This document shows, piece after piece, positions 10,866 to 20,244 of a DNA stretch of 59,196 bases. The stretch is from Verrucomicrobiales bacterium (GTDB taxonomy: Bacteria; Verrucomicrobiota; Verrucomicrobiia; Verrucomicrobiales; V1-33). Numbering within the stretch: the stretch's first letter is position 1; each line of letters begins with the position of its first letter. The stretch covers positions 1 to 59,196 of the forward strand of contig JBIICE010000001.1 in assembly GCA_044239025.1 (NCBI GenBank), written 5' to 3'. The translations under genes and the position numbers were made by a program. The notes beneath the pieces were generated by a model. It was not told where the DNA came from. It saw only the letters and a list, made by a program, of their open reading frames with translations, and did no database searches.

Positions 10866-12455
10866 TCAGCCGCGGTCGTCCGGCTCGTCCTCCGGGTGGA
10901 GGAGATGCTGTTTCTGCTTCCGGCGGTCCGCACGGTGTCCGATCTGGCGGATCTGCTTGGGCGACAGTTCGTCCTTGCGGCGTTTCCATGGAGCGGGGCC
11001 GGAGTCGCCTGCCATGAGCGAGCCGAGCGGCGTGATTTCCGCGGTGATGTCGGCGAGTCCGAACGATTCGATCTGGGAACGGACCTGCTGCGCCGGTTTG
11101 TAGCCGATCGGGGATTCCGTGATGTCCGGGGTGCCGCAGAACCAGCGGATGTCGAGCCCAGCCGTGGCCGCCGCAATGGCCTTGCGCACAAGTTCCGGAT
11201 CGGGTTGGCCGGTGCGGCGGTCCCGGAAGGGTCGGGCAATCGCGGTGCGCGAGAAGTTCCGCCCGGCTCCATGGGGAGCGAACGAGAGAAAGTCCTCGTT
11301 GCTGCGGCCGAGCACCATGAGGATGGGAGCCGCCATGTTGAGCGGGATGAGCCCGGGGAGTGGTCGGCCCAGCCCATCATGCCATGCCGGTGTGGCCCCC
11401 TTGCCATGCAGGAAGAGATCGCCGCGCTTCCAGACAAAGTTGTGCTCGTTGCTCATGGTGGCTGCGGCCGCCGCGCCGATGGCCTTGAGGAAGCGTTCGT
11501 GAATGGAGTGGTGATTGGCGAGGGTCCAGCGGCTCACGTACTGGAGGGCGTCCCAGTAGGCGAGGCCATCCGGTTCCGAAACATCGAGCCATGCGGCCGC
11601 GTCGGGGACGGCATGGGCGACCCGCCGGGTGTGCTCGAGGGCCGCCTGCTGACCGCGCTTGTAGAGGTGGGCTCCGAGACCGCGCGAACCATGATGCGTC
11701 ACCAGCGCGAGGAATTCGCGCGAATGCCGGGCATGGTCCGTGATGCGGCGGGCGAAATCGTCGTGTCCCGCCTCTTCATATTTCCGGACCACCTCCGGAG
11801 AGAAGGTCACCTTGCCCAGAAAAGCGAAGTGATTGCCGTCCCCCTGGTCCGCGAGGTGCATGGCCGCGTGGCGTTCCAGACCGCGCAGGAAGGGATTGTC
11901 CCAGACCGGTTCGCCGAGCACCGGGTGGTGCACCCATTGCTCTTCCGGTCGGCCCCCGAATCCGAACCGGGTGGAGGCGGCGAGCGCGTCGAGTTGCCGG
12001 GCGACGGGCAGGCTGGAGTGAAAGAACGAGGCATGCAGCGAGCAGCAGATGTCGGCGCTGTGAGCCGAGGGAATGATCGCCGAGCGGACCGCAATGGCTC
12101 CGCCGACCGGAATGGTGGCCGTCGCCGATCCCGCCGGACAGGCGTCCGGCATGAGGCTGCCGCGTTCAATCACCGGGACCCGCAGGAGGTCGCGCATGAA
12201 GCGGCGGCAGGCTGCCATATTGGCTTCGTCATCCGGTCCGGTCGCGGCGATGGCCTCCGCAAGGGGAGCGGGATCCGTGCGCAGTTGACGTTTCGGATCG
12301 GGCGGCGGGAAGGCACGGCGGAGGAGCTTGAGGGCGTATTCCGGATCGTGGATGCCGCGGGCTTCCATGGCCGCTGCTTCCTTGAGCATGGCCGCGATCC
12401 ATGGACCCGGGGGCCATCCGGCCGCAAGAAGGTCGTTTCCGTTGAAAAGAGACAT
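10866..12455 (-). CDS. RtcB-family protein (RNA 3'-phosphate ligase-like) with an extra N-terminal module
   Basis: RtcB-like blocks MPDACPAG, SADICCSLH, THHGSRGLG, SNEHNFVW and FAPHGAGRN. About 100 extra N-terminal residues begin GNDLLAAGWPPGPWIAAML. Confidence 0.8.
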   Translation of the reverse strand: MSLFNGNDLLAAGWPPGPWIAAMLKEAAAMEARGIHDPEYALKLLRRAFPPPDPKRQLRTDPAPLAEAIAATGPDDEANMAACRRFMRDLLRVPVIERGSLMPDACPAGSATATIPVGGAIAVRSAIIPSAHSADICCSLHASFFHSSLPVARQLDALAASTRFGFGGRPEEQWVHHPVLGEPVWDNPFLRGLERHAAMHLADQGDGNHFAFLGKVTFSPEVVRKYEEAGHDDFARRITDHARHSREFLALVTHHGSRGLGAHLYKRGQQAALEHTRRVAHAVPDAAAWLDVSEPDGLAYWDALQYVSRWTLANHHSIHERFLKAIGAAAAATMSNEHNFVWKRGDLFLHGKGATPAWHDGLGRPLPGLIPLNMAAPILMVLGRSNEDFLSFAPHGAGRNFSRTAIARPFRDRRTGQPDPELVRKAIAAATAGLDIRWFCGTPDITESPIGYKPAQQVRSQIESFGLADITAEITPLGSLMAGDSGPAPWKRRKDELSPKQIRQIGHRADRRKQKQHLLHPEDEPDDRG

Positions 12456-12625
12456 GATAGTTTCCGGCGGGGGCCGGGGATGATTCTGAAACTAGCGTAA
12501 ACAGCAGTGCCGTCGTGGGGCCCGGCCGCACCGCGGTTCCGGGCGTGCGGCGCAGGCATGCCTTGAACCTGCGGGTGGCGGGAACCCGTGGCAGAACGAT
12601 CCGGAGTCTGGCAGCGGCGGCCGCC

Positions 12626-13117
12626 TCAGAACGGAATCTCGTCTTCGTCGTCGAGCCCTGCCGGGTATTCCTGCGGAGCCTGCCGCTGCGGGGCTGCCTG
12701 ACTGCGCTGGCCCGACTGCGGAGGGCGGCTCTGCTGCCGCGGAGCACCGTCGTCTTCATCGCCGCCACCGGAAGCGCCTCCCTCGCGGCCACCGCCGAGG
12801 AACTGGAATTCGTCCCCGATGACCTTGAGTCGGCTCTTCTTCTGGCCCGTCGCCTTGTCTTCCCATGAATCCAGCTGGAGTCGGCCCTCGACATAGAGCG
12901 GTCGGCCTTTTTTCATGTACTGGCCGATGACTTCGGCACTGCGGCCCCAGAAGGTGACATCGATGAACGTCACTTCCTCGCGGGTTTCGTTCTCCACTTT
13001 GTAGCGACGGTTTACGGCAAGGCCGATATCAACGACAGCCTGTCCTTTGGGCGTGTAGCGCACTTCCGGATCGCGGGTCAGGTTGCCCATGATCATGACT
13101 TTGTTGAGGGAGGCCAT
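12626..13117 (-). CDS. ssb: Single-stranded DNA-binding protein
   Basis: OB-fold N-terminus MASLNKVMIMGNLTRDPEVRYTPKG, a Gly/Pro/Gln-rich linker, and the acidic tail DDEDEIPF. The start is ATG 13117-13115; the track ORF starts at 13177. Confidence 0.93.
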   Translation of the reverse strand: MASLNKVMIMGNLTRDPEVRYTPKGQAVVDIGLAVNRRYKVENETREEVTFIDVTFWGRSAEVIGQYMKKGRPLYVEGRLQLDSWEDKATGQKKSRLKVIGDEFQFLGGGREGGASGGGDEDDGAPRQQSRPPQSGQRSQAAPQRQAPQEYPAGLDDEDEIPF

Positions 13118-13191
13118 ACTGGTGGAGGGAAAAAGGTTTCGGGGAGAGAGTAGAAGCGATGGGGAACGGTCCGGCAATCGGGATTCGGTGC

Positions 13192-13506
13192 TTACTTGCC
13201 CGGGCCGGCGGCCGGGGAATCATCATCGCTCTCCTGCGGACCAGTGGTGCCGCGCGACCATCCGGCTCCCTCGTCGGGTCGGGTAAGGTACTGCCGGAGA
13301 TTCTGGTCGCCCCGGAAAAGCGCACCGAGACCGTAGGACGCGAGGCCGCCCGCGAAGAGGGCCATGATGGTGACCATCGTCATTTCGCCAAGGCCGGGAC
13401 GGAATCGGGGGTTCGGGCTCCGGCGCTGGTAGTAGAAAAGCACCGGGGTGATGGCGAGGCAGAAGACGCCGAAGAAGATGAGGTGGGGCAGGTAGAACTT
13501 GATCAT
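13192..13506 (-). CDS. Small membrane protein, unknown function
   Basis: A 104-aa ORF with two hydrophobic helices ([18 protein letters not shown]; [21 protein letters not shown]). It fills the gap between ssb and the divergent leuC promoter. No family recognised. Confidence 0.5.
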   Translation of the reverse strand: MIKFYLPHLIFFGVFCLAITPVLFYYQRRSPNPRFRPGLGEMTMVTIMALFAGGLASYGLGALFRGDQNLRQYLTRPDEGAGWSRGTTGPQESDDDSPAAGPGK

Positions 13507-13676
13507 GGCGGCAGGCCTTCGCTGGGTCGGGTGGTCCCGGGGATGATGCGGGATCGCGCCGCGGCGTCAAGCTCCGACGGAGCCGGGGCATCTGCAACTT
13601 TTGCAGACCGCCCCTTGCCCGGGGCTGGCGGCGTGTTACGGAAATGCCATCCATTTCTTGCCTGCCACTTCATCAC

Positions 13677-15104
13677 ATGGGAAAAACACTTTTCGAGAAA
13701 GTCTGGGAAGCGCACACCGTCCGGAAGCTCCCCAATGGTCAGACCCAGCTCCTCATCGGGACACATCTGATTCATGAGGTGACCAGTCCGCAGGCATTCG
13801 GAATGCTGCGCGATCTGGGATTGCCCGTGAAGTATCCGCACCGGACCTTTGCCACGGTCGACCACATCGTGCCCACGGACAGTCAGGTCGAACCCTTTGC
13901 GGATCCGCTGGCGGCCGAGATGATCCGGGAACTGCGGCGCAACGCCGTCGACTTCGGAATCACCTACTTCGACCTGAGCAGTGGCAAGCAGGGCATCGTG
14001 CACGTGGTGGGACCCGAGCAGGGAATCACGCAGCCGGGCACGACCATTGCCTGCGGGGACAGCCACACGGCGACGCATGGAGCTTTCGGGGCGGTGGCCT
14101 TCGGGATCGGCACCACGCAGGTGCGCGATGTGCTCGCGACGCAGACGATGGCCATGAGCAAGCCGAAGGTGCGGCGCATCAATGTCGATGGCGCCCTGCG
14201 GCCGGGTGTCTACGCCAAGGACGTCATTCTTCACATCATCGCCCAGCTCGGGGCCAAGGGTGGGATTGGCTATGCCTACGAGTACGGCGGCGAAGTATTC
14301 GACCGCTTCTCGGTCGAGGAACGCATGACGGTGTGCAACATGTCGATCGAGGGCGGGGCCCGCTGCGGCTATGTCAATCCCGACGAGAAGACCTTTGCCT
14401 ATCTCAAGGGTCGTCCGTATTGCCCATCGGGAGCCGAATGGGATGCGGCGGTCGTGCGCTGGCATTCCTTCGCGAGCGATGCGGATGCGGTCTACGATGA
14501 CGTGGTCAATATCCGGGCCGAAGACATCGCTCCCACGGTCACCTGGGGCATCAGTCCCGATCAGGGCTTCAGCATTGACAGTTCTGTGCCTGATCCGGCG
14601 CAGGCGGAGAACGAAGCCGAGAGCGCCAGCATTGCCGAAGCCCTTGAATACATGAAGCTTCCCGCAGGCGCTCCCATCAAGGGCACGAAAATCGATGTCG
14701 CCTTCGTGGGGTCGTGCACGAATGGCCGTCTCAGTGACTTCCGCGAAGTCGCGAAGTACCTCGAAGGCCGCAGCGTGGCTCCCCATGTGAAGGCGATCGC
14801 CGTGCCCGGCAGCCAGATTGTCGATCACCTGTGCCGCCAGGAGGGCATCGACCGGATCTTCGCCGCGGCGGGCTTCGAGTGGCGCGGGGCCGGATGTTCC
14901 ATGTGCCTTGCGATGAATCCCGACAAGCTCGTCGGTGACCAGCTCTGCGCGTCGTCCTCGAACCGGAATTTCAAGGGCCGTCAGGGCAGTCCGACCGGCC
15001 GGACCATTCTGATGAGTCCTCTCATGGTCGCGGCCGCGGCCGTCACCGGGGTGGTTTCCGATGCCCGCGAAGTCTTCGGGGTCGGTGAACTGGCTGGCGT
15101 CTGA
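13677..15104 (+). CDS. leuC: 3-isopropylmalate dehydratase large subunit
   Basis: [13 protein letters not shown] start, [14 protein letters not shown], and the aconitase Cys ligand regions CGDSHT and GSCTNGR. The start is ATG 13677; the track ORF begins at 13644. Confidence 0.93.
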   Translation: MGKTLFEKVWEAHTVRKLPNGQTQLLIGTHLIHEVTSPQAFGMLRDLGLPVKYPHRTFATVDHIVPTDSQVEPFADPLAAEMIRELRRNAVDFGITYFDLSSGKQGIVHVVGPEQGITQPGTTIACGDSHTATHGAFGAVAFGIGTTQVRDVLATQTMAMSKPKVRRINVDGALRPGVYAKDVILHIIAQLGAKGGIGYAYEYGGEVFDRFSVEERMTVCNMSIEGGARCGYVNPDEKTFAYLKGRPYCPSGAEWDAAVVRWHSFASDADAVYDDVVNIRAEDIAPTVTWGISPDQGFSIDSSVPDPAQAENEAESASIAEALEYMKLPAGAPIKGTKIDVAFVGSCTNGRLSDFREVAKYLEGRSVAPHVKAIAVPGSQIVDHLCRQEGIDRIFAAAGFEWRGAGCSMCLAMNPDKLVGDQLCASSSNRNFKGRQGSPTGRTILMSPLMVAAAAVTGVVSDAREVFGVGELAGV

Positions 15105-15140
15105 ACTCCCTCGCGGCCGCCTGCCATCCGCTGAAAACGT

Positions 15141-15165
15141 CAGGCCGGGCGCTCTGCCCGGCCTG
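15141..15165 (+). terminator. Candidate intrinsic terminator hairpin after leuC
   Basis: A perfect 10-bp stem, caggccgggc / gcccggcctg, with a 5-nt loop (gctct), 37 nt after the leuC stop. The downstream T-tract is weak (aatgctttg). Confidence 0.4.
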
Positions 15166-15222
15166 AATGCTTTGCGTCGCCACCCTCTGGCGGGAAGCGC
15201 CCGGAGTGGGAATGCGCCGAGT

Positions 15223-15273
15223 GAATCTGCCCGGGGAATCTGCCCGGGGAATCTGCCCGGGGAATCTGCCCGG
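15223..15273. repeat. 13-bp tandem repeat GAATCTGCCCGGG, about 3.9 copies
   Basis: Three perfect units (15223-15235, 15236-15248, 15249-15261) plus a fourth that ends in T instead of G. It lies in the convergent leuC/prfB intergenic region. Confidence 0.95.
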
Positions 15274-15300
15274 TCCGGCTTGCCGACGGAGCGGGCGCGT

Positions 15301-16438
15301 TCAGAGTTCGTCGTCGTCTCCGTCGGTGGTCTGGCCGCGCAGTTTCGCTTCGATGAAGGCATCGATGTCACCGTCCATGACGGCTGTGATATTGCCCGTT
15401 TTGCAGCCTGTGCGGTGATCCTTGACCATCTGATACGGCTGGAAGACGTAGGAACGGATCTGGCTGCCCCATGCGATTTCGCCCTTCTGGTCGTAGCTGC
15501 GTTCGACCTCGGCCTTTTTCTTGTCCTGTTCGATCTGGTAGAGCTTGGCCTTGAGCATCCCCATGGCGAGTTCCTTGTTCTTGCCCTGGGAACGTTCGTT
15601 CTGGCAGGCGACCACGACACCGGAAGGAGTGTGGGTGATGCGGACTGCGGTTTCGACCTTATTGACGTTCTGACCGCCCTTGCCTCCGGCGCGGTAGGTA
15701 TCGATTTCGAGATCGACGTCCCGGATTTCGATATTGATGGTGTCGTCGACTTCAGGAACGACATCGATGCTGCAGAAGGAGGTATGGCGACGGTTCTGCG
15801 AATCGAACGGAGAGATGCGCACGAGGCGGTGGACGCCGCGCTCGTTCTGCAGGTAGCCGTACGCATAGGGACCGCTGACCTTCATGGTGACCGAGCGGAA
15901 TCCGGCGCCTTCGCCTTCGGTGAAGTCGATCATTTCGGCCGTCAGTCCATGGAGGTCGGCCCAGCGGGCGAACATGCGGTAGAGCATTTCGGCCCAGTCG
16001 CAGGCTTCCGTGCCGCCGGCTCCGGCGTGGATCGTGAGGAAGGCATTGCAGTTGTCCATGGCCCCGGACATCAGGGTAAGGACCTCGAAATCGTCGAGAG
16101 CCTTGACGATTTTCGGGAATTCGCCGCGGGCTTCGAGCCTCAGTTCGGGGTCGCTCTCCGCGTATTCAAGCAGGACGTCGAAGTCATTGAGACGGCTTTC
16201 GATGTCGCGGAAGGTCTTGATTTTCTGGCCGATTGCCGAGCGTTCGGATCCGACCGTGCGGGCGAGGGAGGCATTGTCCCAGAAGTTCGGGGCGGACATT
16301 TTCTGCTCCAGTTCCGCGAAGCGGAGTTCAAGGGCAGGGAGGTCAAAGATACCTCCGGAGTTCGGCCATGCGCGCATGGAGGGCGCTGGTGCCGAACGCC
16401 TGGAGGTCGATCGTAAGTGCGTTGATAGAAGAATCCAT
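15301..16438 (-). CDS. prfB: Peptide chain release factor 2, expressed through a programmed +1 frameshift
   Basis: GGQ motif ([24 protein letters not shown]) and an RF2-like body. Frame-0 leader [31 protein letters not shown] ends at an in-frame TGA (16345-16343). The +1 frame continues [22 protein letters not shown] to the stop at 15301. The junction is codon CTT at 16348-16346. Confidence 0.92.
16342..16356 (-). promoter_or_regulatory. prfB: prfB +1 ribosomal frameshift site (SD-like GGAGG, spacer, CTT TGA C)
   Basis: The minus strand reads GGAGG TAT CTT TGA C. The E. coli prfB site is AGGGGG TAT CTT TGA C. Confidence 0.9.
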
Positions 16439-16719
16439 GAAAGAGAGCGGCCAAGGAGTGCTGCTGCCGACCTGGTGCAAGCGGGCTTTTTGCGTGTCGC
16501 GCCGGGACGTGTCAGCAGGCGCACTCATCTCTGGTGTTCAGGCGAACGCGCTCCACAGTCGCTGATGAGCCTGGGGCGGCACCGGGCCCGGCTGCGGATC
16601 CAGGTCAGGAAAGACTGGAAAGACTGGGAAGAGCGGCTGCGCCCCATGGCCTGGCGGACGGATCCCCTGCGGGCGGCGGGCCATTTTCCACAGGATTTCG
16701 TGGCGCCTCCGTCGCAGGT

Positions 16720-17544
16720 CTATGGCTGCATGAGCTGCTGGCGCACGAGTTCAAACGGGCCGGCATCGACCTTGAGCACGCCGCGGTACGGGTGGTCGAG
16801 GGCGGATATGATGAGGATCATGATACCGAGGAAGAAGGCAATGCTGGCCCCGAGGAAGTACTGGATGCCGGGGCGGACGCGGTAGCAGGTGACCAGCAGC
16901 AGCAGGAGACCGGCCCCGCTGGCGACGAGGAACCACATGAGCGAGGGCAGACCGGAAACGACGCTGCGCATGCGTTCCCGGCGGAACAGGGTGTTCTCGG
17001 TGAACATGCGGAGAGTTTCCGCGTGCAGGATTTCCTGTCCCTTGGTGGACGGTTCGAAGGAGGTGAGCTTCCGCTGAAAGCGGTTCATGATGGGAACGCC
17101 GGCTGTCGCAATGATCCCGCGCGACTGGAGTTCCCATGCCTCGTCGATGAGGAAGTTGGTGTACTCCCTGAGGTCATCCTGGAGAAGGGGGCGGATGTCT
17201 TCCGGGTACCCCGACACGGAGCGGTAAAGGGCGGCGAGCGACGAGGCTTCGCGGCCGACCATGTGGCGCACCGAGGTGAAGGTGGAGTAGGTGGCGATGG
17301 TGAGGAGTCCGACAAGCAGAGCGTAGAAAACCCCGAAGGCGAGAAGGGTGTAGCCGAAGAGTTCGCGCGTGTCCTTGTCGTCCTTGAGAAGCCGGCTGGC
17401 GATCGGAGAAAACGCGGCGACAAAAAAGCCCGTCCCGGCGGCGCAGCCGAGTCCGGTGACGGCAACGGCCGCCCAGATGGGCAAGCTGCTGATCCAGTTG
17501 AAGATGGACGAAGTCACGGACGGAAAAGGGAAGGCTCGGGACAC
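16720..17544 (-). CDS. Integral membrane protein (DUF4239-like from memory)
   Basis: A 274-aa ORF with N-terminal and C-terminal TM helix pairs around a soluble helical middle, ending LDHPYRGVLKVDAGPF. It is coherent coding on the strand opposite the spurious 5' part of track ORF 16534-20244. Confidence 0.7.
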   Translation of the reverse strand: MSRAFPFPSVTSSIFNWISSLPIWAAVAVTGLGCAAGTGFFVAAFSPIASRLLKDDKDTRELFGYTLLAFGVFYALLVGLLTIATYSTFTSVRHMVGREASSLAALYRSVSGYPEDIRPLLQDDLREYTNFLIDEAWELQSRGIIATAGVPIMNRFQRKLTSFEPSTKGQEILHAETLRMFTENTLFRRERMRSVVSGLPSLMWFLVASGAGLLLLLVTCYRVRPGIQYFLGASIAFFLGIMILIISALDHPYRGVLKVDAGPFELVRQQLMQP

Positions 17545-17649
17545 TGGGGTTGCGTTTCATCATCCGCAAGGCGGTATCGTCGAGGCGTTGGCGGTTGGCC
17601 GGAGATTCTGCTGGCAGTGTGGAGGGGTCGTGGTTTTGACTGTCGCTGC

Positions 17650-20244
17650 ATGGAAGCTTTCAAGAAACCATGGGTGGCAGCATTGCTGCGGGCTCTGCTG
17701 GTCGTGCTGGCGGCCGCAGGAGTCAGGCAGTCGCTGCGCTGGACGGAAGCGCAGCGTGGTCGGGCGGTCACGCTTGCCGAGGCTCGCATGGTCTTTCCGG
17801 ACGCCGGATCGGTTGGCCTGCGGGAGCCGGGGCCCGGGATGCAGGAGGTGCGGGATGACGGCGGCGGCATCCTTGGGAAGGTGCTGCTGACGCAGCCGGA
17901 CCAGCGGGACGTGAAGGGCTACGCGGGACCGACGCAGGTTGTGGCGGGGATCCGTCCCGACGGGAGTCTCGCGGCATGGGAGATTCTATCGAGTGCGGAC
18001 ACCGGGGAGCATGTGTCACAGGTCAGAGCCGACGCGGCTTTCCGGGGTCATCTCCATGGATGGAAGCGCGGGGCGGCGGCTCCGGATCTGGCCGTGGCCG
18101 GGTCGACCCTGACGTCGCGGGCGGTGCGGGAATCGTTGCTGCGGAGGCTGGGCGGGGTGGCGGCGGGGGAATCGGTGCGGTTTGCGGAACCAGTGAGCCT
18201 TGCGGACGTGCGGACGCTGTTCCCGGCGGCGGAAAGCATGGTGGCGGAGGGCGGAGGCTGGCGGGTGCTGGGCGGGGCTGGTGCCGTGTTGGGACAGGTG
18301 CTGCGCAGTGCCCCATGGGCCGATGCGGTGCGTGGCTATCAGGGTGCCAGCGAAGTGCTCATCGGTCTGGATGCGGCTGGGGAGAAACTGCTCGATGTGA
18401 AGCTGCGCCGCAGCGAGGACAACGAACCCTATGTGGGATATGTGCGGGAAGACGAGGGGTGGCTCGGGGTATTCCGGGGAAAAACCGTCCGGGAGGTGGC
18501 GGCGATGGATTTCGCGAAGGCCGGGGTTGAGGGAGTGAGCGGTGCCACGCTGACAAGTTTTGCGGTGGCCGAGAGCGTGCGGGTGCGTTGTGCGGAGGCC
18601 GGGAGGGCGGCGGGCGCGGTACCGTCCCCGGAATCCGGCGGGGCATGGTGGCGGGCGGCCGACGTGGTGCTGGCGCTGATCGCCCTTGGTGGCGTGGGCA
18701 TGGCGTTTTCCGGATGGCGGGGAAGGAAGTGGCTGCGGAGGGGCTGGCAGTTGCTGCTGGTGCTGGTTCCGGGCGTCTGGCTGGGATCGCTGCTGGCGCT
18801 GCCCCTGCTGGAAGGCTGGGTGGTGCACGGAGTGGGATGGCGGGTGATGCCCGGGATGGTGCTGCTCGCGGCGGTGGCCCTGCTCATGCCCGTGGCGACG
18901 GGCCGTCAGGTGTACTGCCACCAGATCTGTCCGCACGGGGCCCTGCAGGAATGGCTGGGTGGCTGGCTGCGGCCACGGCCCCTGCCGGCACGGTGGGACC
19001 GGTGGCTGCGACTGGTGCCCGGGGCCCTGCTCGTGGGGGCTTTTGTTTCCGTGGCGCTTTCGTGGGGCTGGCCGCTCGCGGATTTCGAGGCCTTTGATGC
19101 ATGGGTGCCGCGCGCGGCTGGAATGGCTTCGTGGCTTCTGGCCGTCCTCGGGTTGGGGGCGGCCCTTGTGATTCCGCAGGCGTACTGCCGCTACGGTTGT
19201 CCCACGGGTGCCTTGCTGCGGTTCCTGCGCCGCTCCGGGGGACGATCTCCGGGCTGGGCAGAAGCGGTGGCGGTGGCCTGCGTGCTCCTCGCGTGGTTTC
19301 CGTGGCTGCGGCTTCAGGCCCGCTGGGACCAGACGCCTGCCGCGGCATCCCCGGGAAATCGGATCAGTGGAACGGCTCTGGGTACGTCGTGGTCGCTGCA
19401 GCTGCGGGAACCGCTGCCCGATGGCCTGCGGGAAACGCTGGAGACGCAACTGGCCCGGATCGACGCGGGAATTTCCGCGTGGCGGGCGGATTCCGTGGTC
19501 TCGGCGTGCAATGCCGCCGCCGCAGGCCGCAATTTTCCCGTGCCACTCTGGGTGGCGGAATTGACCGGGGAAGCGCGGCGGCTCAGTGAAGCGACCGGAG
19601 GAGCCTTTGATGCGACGGTGGGACCGTTGGTGGCGGCATGGGGTTTCGGAGCCGCGGCCCGGGAAGGCAGGGAACCAGCCGAGGCGGAACTAGCGCGGCT
19701 GCGGAACCGCTGCGGATGGTGGAAGGTGCAGGCGGGTCCCGGATGGCTGCGGCGTGACGATCCGGCCGTGCAGCTCGACCTTACTCCGCTGGGAGAAGGC
19801 GCGGCCCTTGATGCCATGGCGTCGGTTCTCGAGAAATCCGTGAACAATCCGTGGCTGCTCTCGCTCGGCGGCGAACTGCGGGCCCGGGGACGATGGACCG
19901 TGCGCCTCGAATCCGCCGGATGCGACCTCGTCCTCGCCGACGAATCAGTTTCCACCAGCGGAACCAACCGGGCGCGCCAGGGAAGCCGCTCCCATCTCAT
20001 CGACGCGCGGAACGGCCGTCCAGTAGTTCACGACACGGTCAGTGTCAGCGTGCGGCATGCATCGGCGGCGCAGGCCGACGGCTGGGCGACCGCGCTGGCC
20101 GTGCTCGGGGCGGCAGATGGGAAACCCCTGGCCGACCGCATGGGGTTGGCCGCCCTCTTTGTGCGGGAGACTCCCCGGGGCCGGAAAGTGGAAGCGTCAG
20201 CAGCGTGGCATGATCCCCCGCAGCTCACCAGAAACGCTCCATGA
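17650..20244 (+). CDS. Fusion protein: two FMN-binding domains, polytopic CxxxCP (Fer4_5/NapH/NosR-like) membrane module, and C-terminal ApbE flavin transferase
   Basis: Start MEAFKKPWVAALLRALLVVLAAAG (signal/TM). FMN_bind-like repeats have flavinylation-type motifs AGST (18097-18108) and SGAT (18538-18549). The TM region carries CHQICPHGALQEW and CRYGCPTGALLRF. The C-terminal ~290 aa are ApbE-like (GTALGTSWSLQL...ISAWRADSVVSACN...). Only the 3' two thirds of the 1236-aa track ORF are taken as real. Confidence 0.75.
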   Translation: MEAFKKPWVAALLRALLVVLAAAGVRQSLRWTEAQRGRAVTLAEARMVFPDAGSVGLREPGPGMQEVRDDGGGILGKVLLTQPDQRDVKGYAGPTQVVAGIRPDGSLAAWEILSSADTGEHVSQVRADAAFRGHLHGWKRGAAAPDLAVAGSTLTSRAVRESLLRRLGGVAAGESVRFAEPVSLADVRTLFPAAESMVAEGGGWRVLGGAGAVLGQVLRSAPWADAVRGYQGASEVLIGLDAAGEKLLDVKLRRSEDNEPYVGYVREDEGWLGVFRGKTVREVAAMDFAKAGVEGVSGATLTSFAVAESVRVRCAEAGRAAGAVPSPESGGAWWRAADVVLALIALGGVGMAFSGWRGRKWLRRGWQLLLVLVPGVWLGSLLALPLLEGWVVHGVGWRVMPGMVLLAAVALLMPVATGRQVYCHQICPHGALQEWLGGWLRPRPLPARWDRWLRLVPGALLVGAFVSVALSWGWPLADFEAFDAWVPRAAGMASWLLAVLGLGAALVIPQAYCRYGCPTGALLRFLRRSGGRSPGWAEAVAVACVLLAWFPWLRLQARWDQTPAAASPGNRISGTALGTSWSLQLREPLPDGLRETLETQLARIDAGISAWRADSVVSACNAAAAGRNFPVPLWVAELTGEARRLSEATGGAFDATVGPLVAAWGFGAAAREGREPAEAELARLRNRCGWWKVQAGPGWLRRDDPAVQLDLTPLGEGAALDAMASVLEKSVNNPWLLSLGGELRARGRWTVRLESAGCDLVLADESVSTSGTNRARQGSRSHLIDARNGRPVVHDTVSVSVRHASAAQADGWATALAVLGAADGKPLADRMGLAALFVRETPRGRKVEASAAWHDPPQLTRNAP

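Noticed and set aside
13677-15104. leuC without an adjacent leuD small-subunit gene
   Set aside because: The absence of a partner within a 59-kb window says nothing about the genome. leuD is probably elsewhere, so this is not an anomaly I can support.
15223-15273. Tandem repeats here and at 35644-35679 considered as CRISPR
   Set aside because: The units are 13 and 9 bp and directly abutting with no spacers. No cas genes are in the window.
13503-15866. 787-aa ORF on the minus strand spanning leuC and part of prfB
   Set aside because: It is antisense to two confidently identified genes (leuC on plus; prfB is in a different minus frame). Its composition is Arg/Ala/Pro/Ser-rich low complexity with no recognisable motifs. 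This is the typical shadow ORF of a high-GC genome.
16534-17649. The first 372 codons of the 1236-aa plus-strand track ORF
   Set aside because: This part overlaps the coherent minus-strand membrane-protein gene (16720-17544) and reads as low-complexity Gly/Arg/Glu text. A good signal/TM start (MEAFKKPWVAALL...) at 17650 begins the recognisable FMN-bind/ApbE protein.
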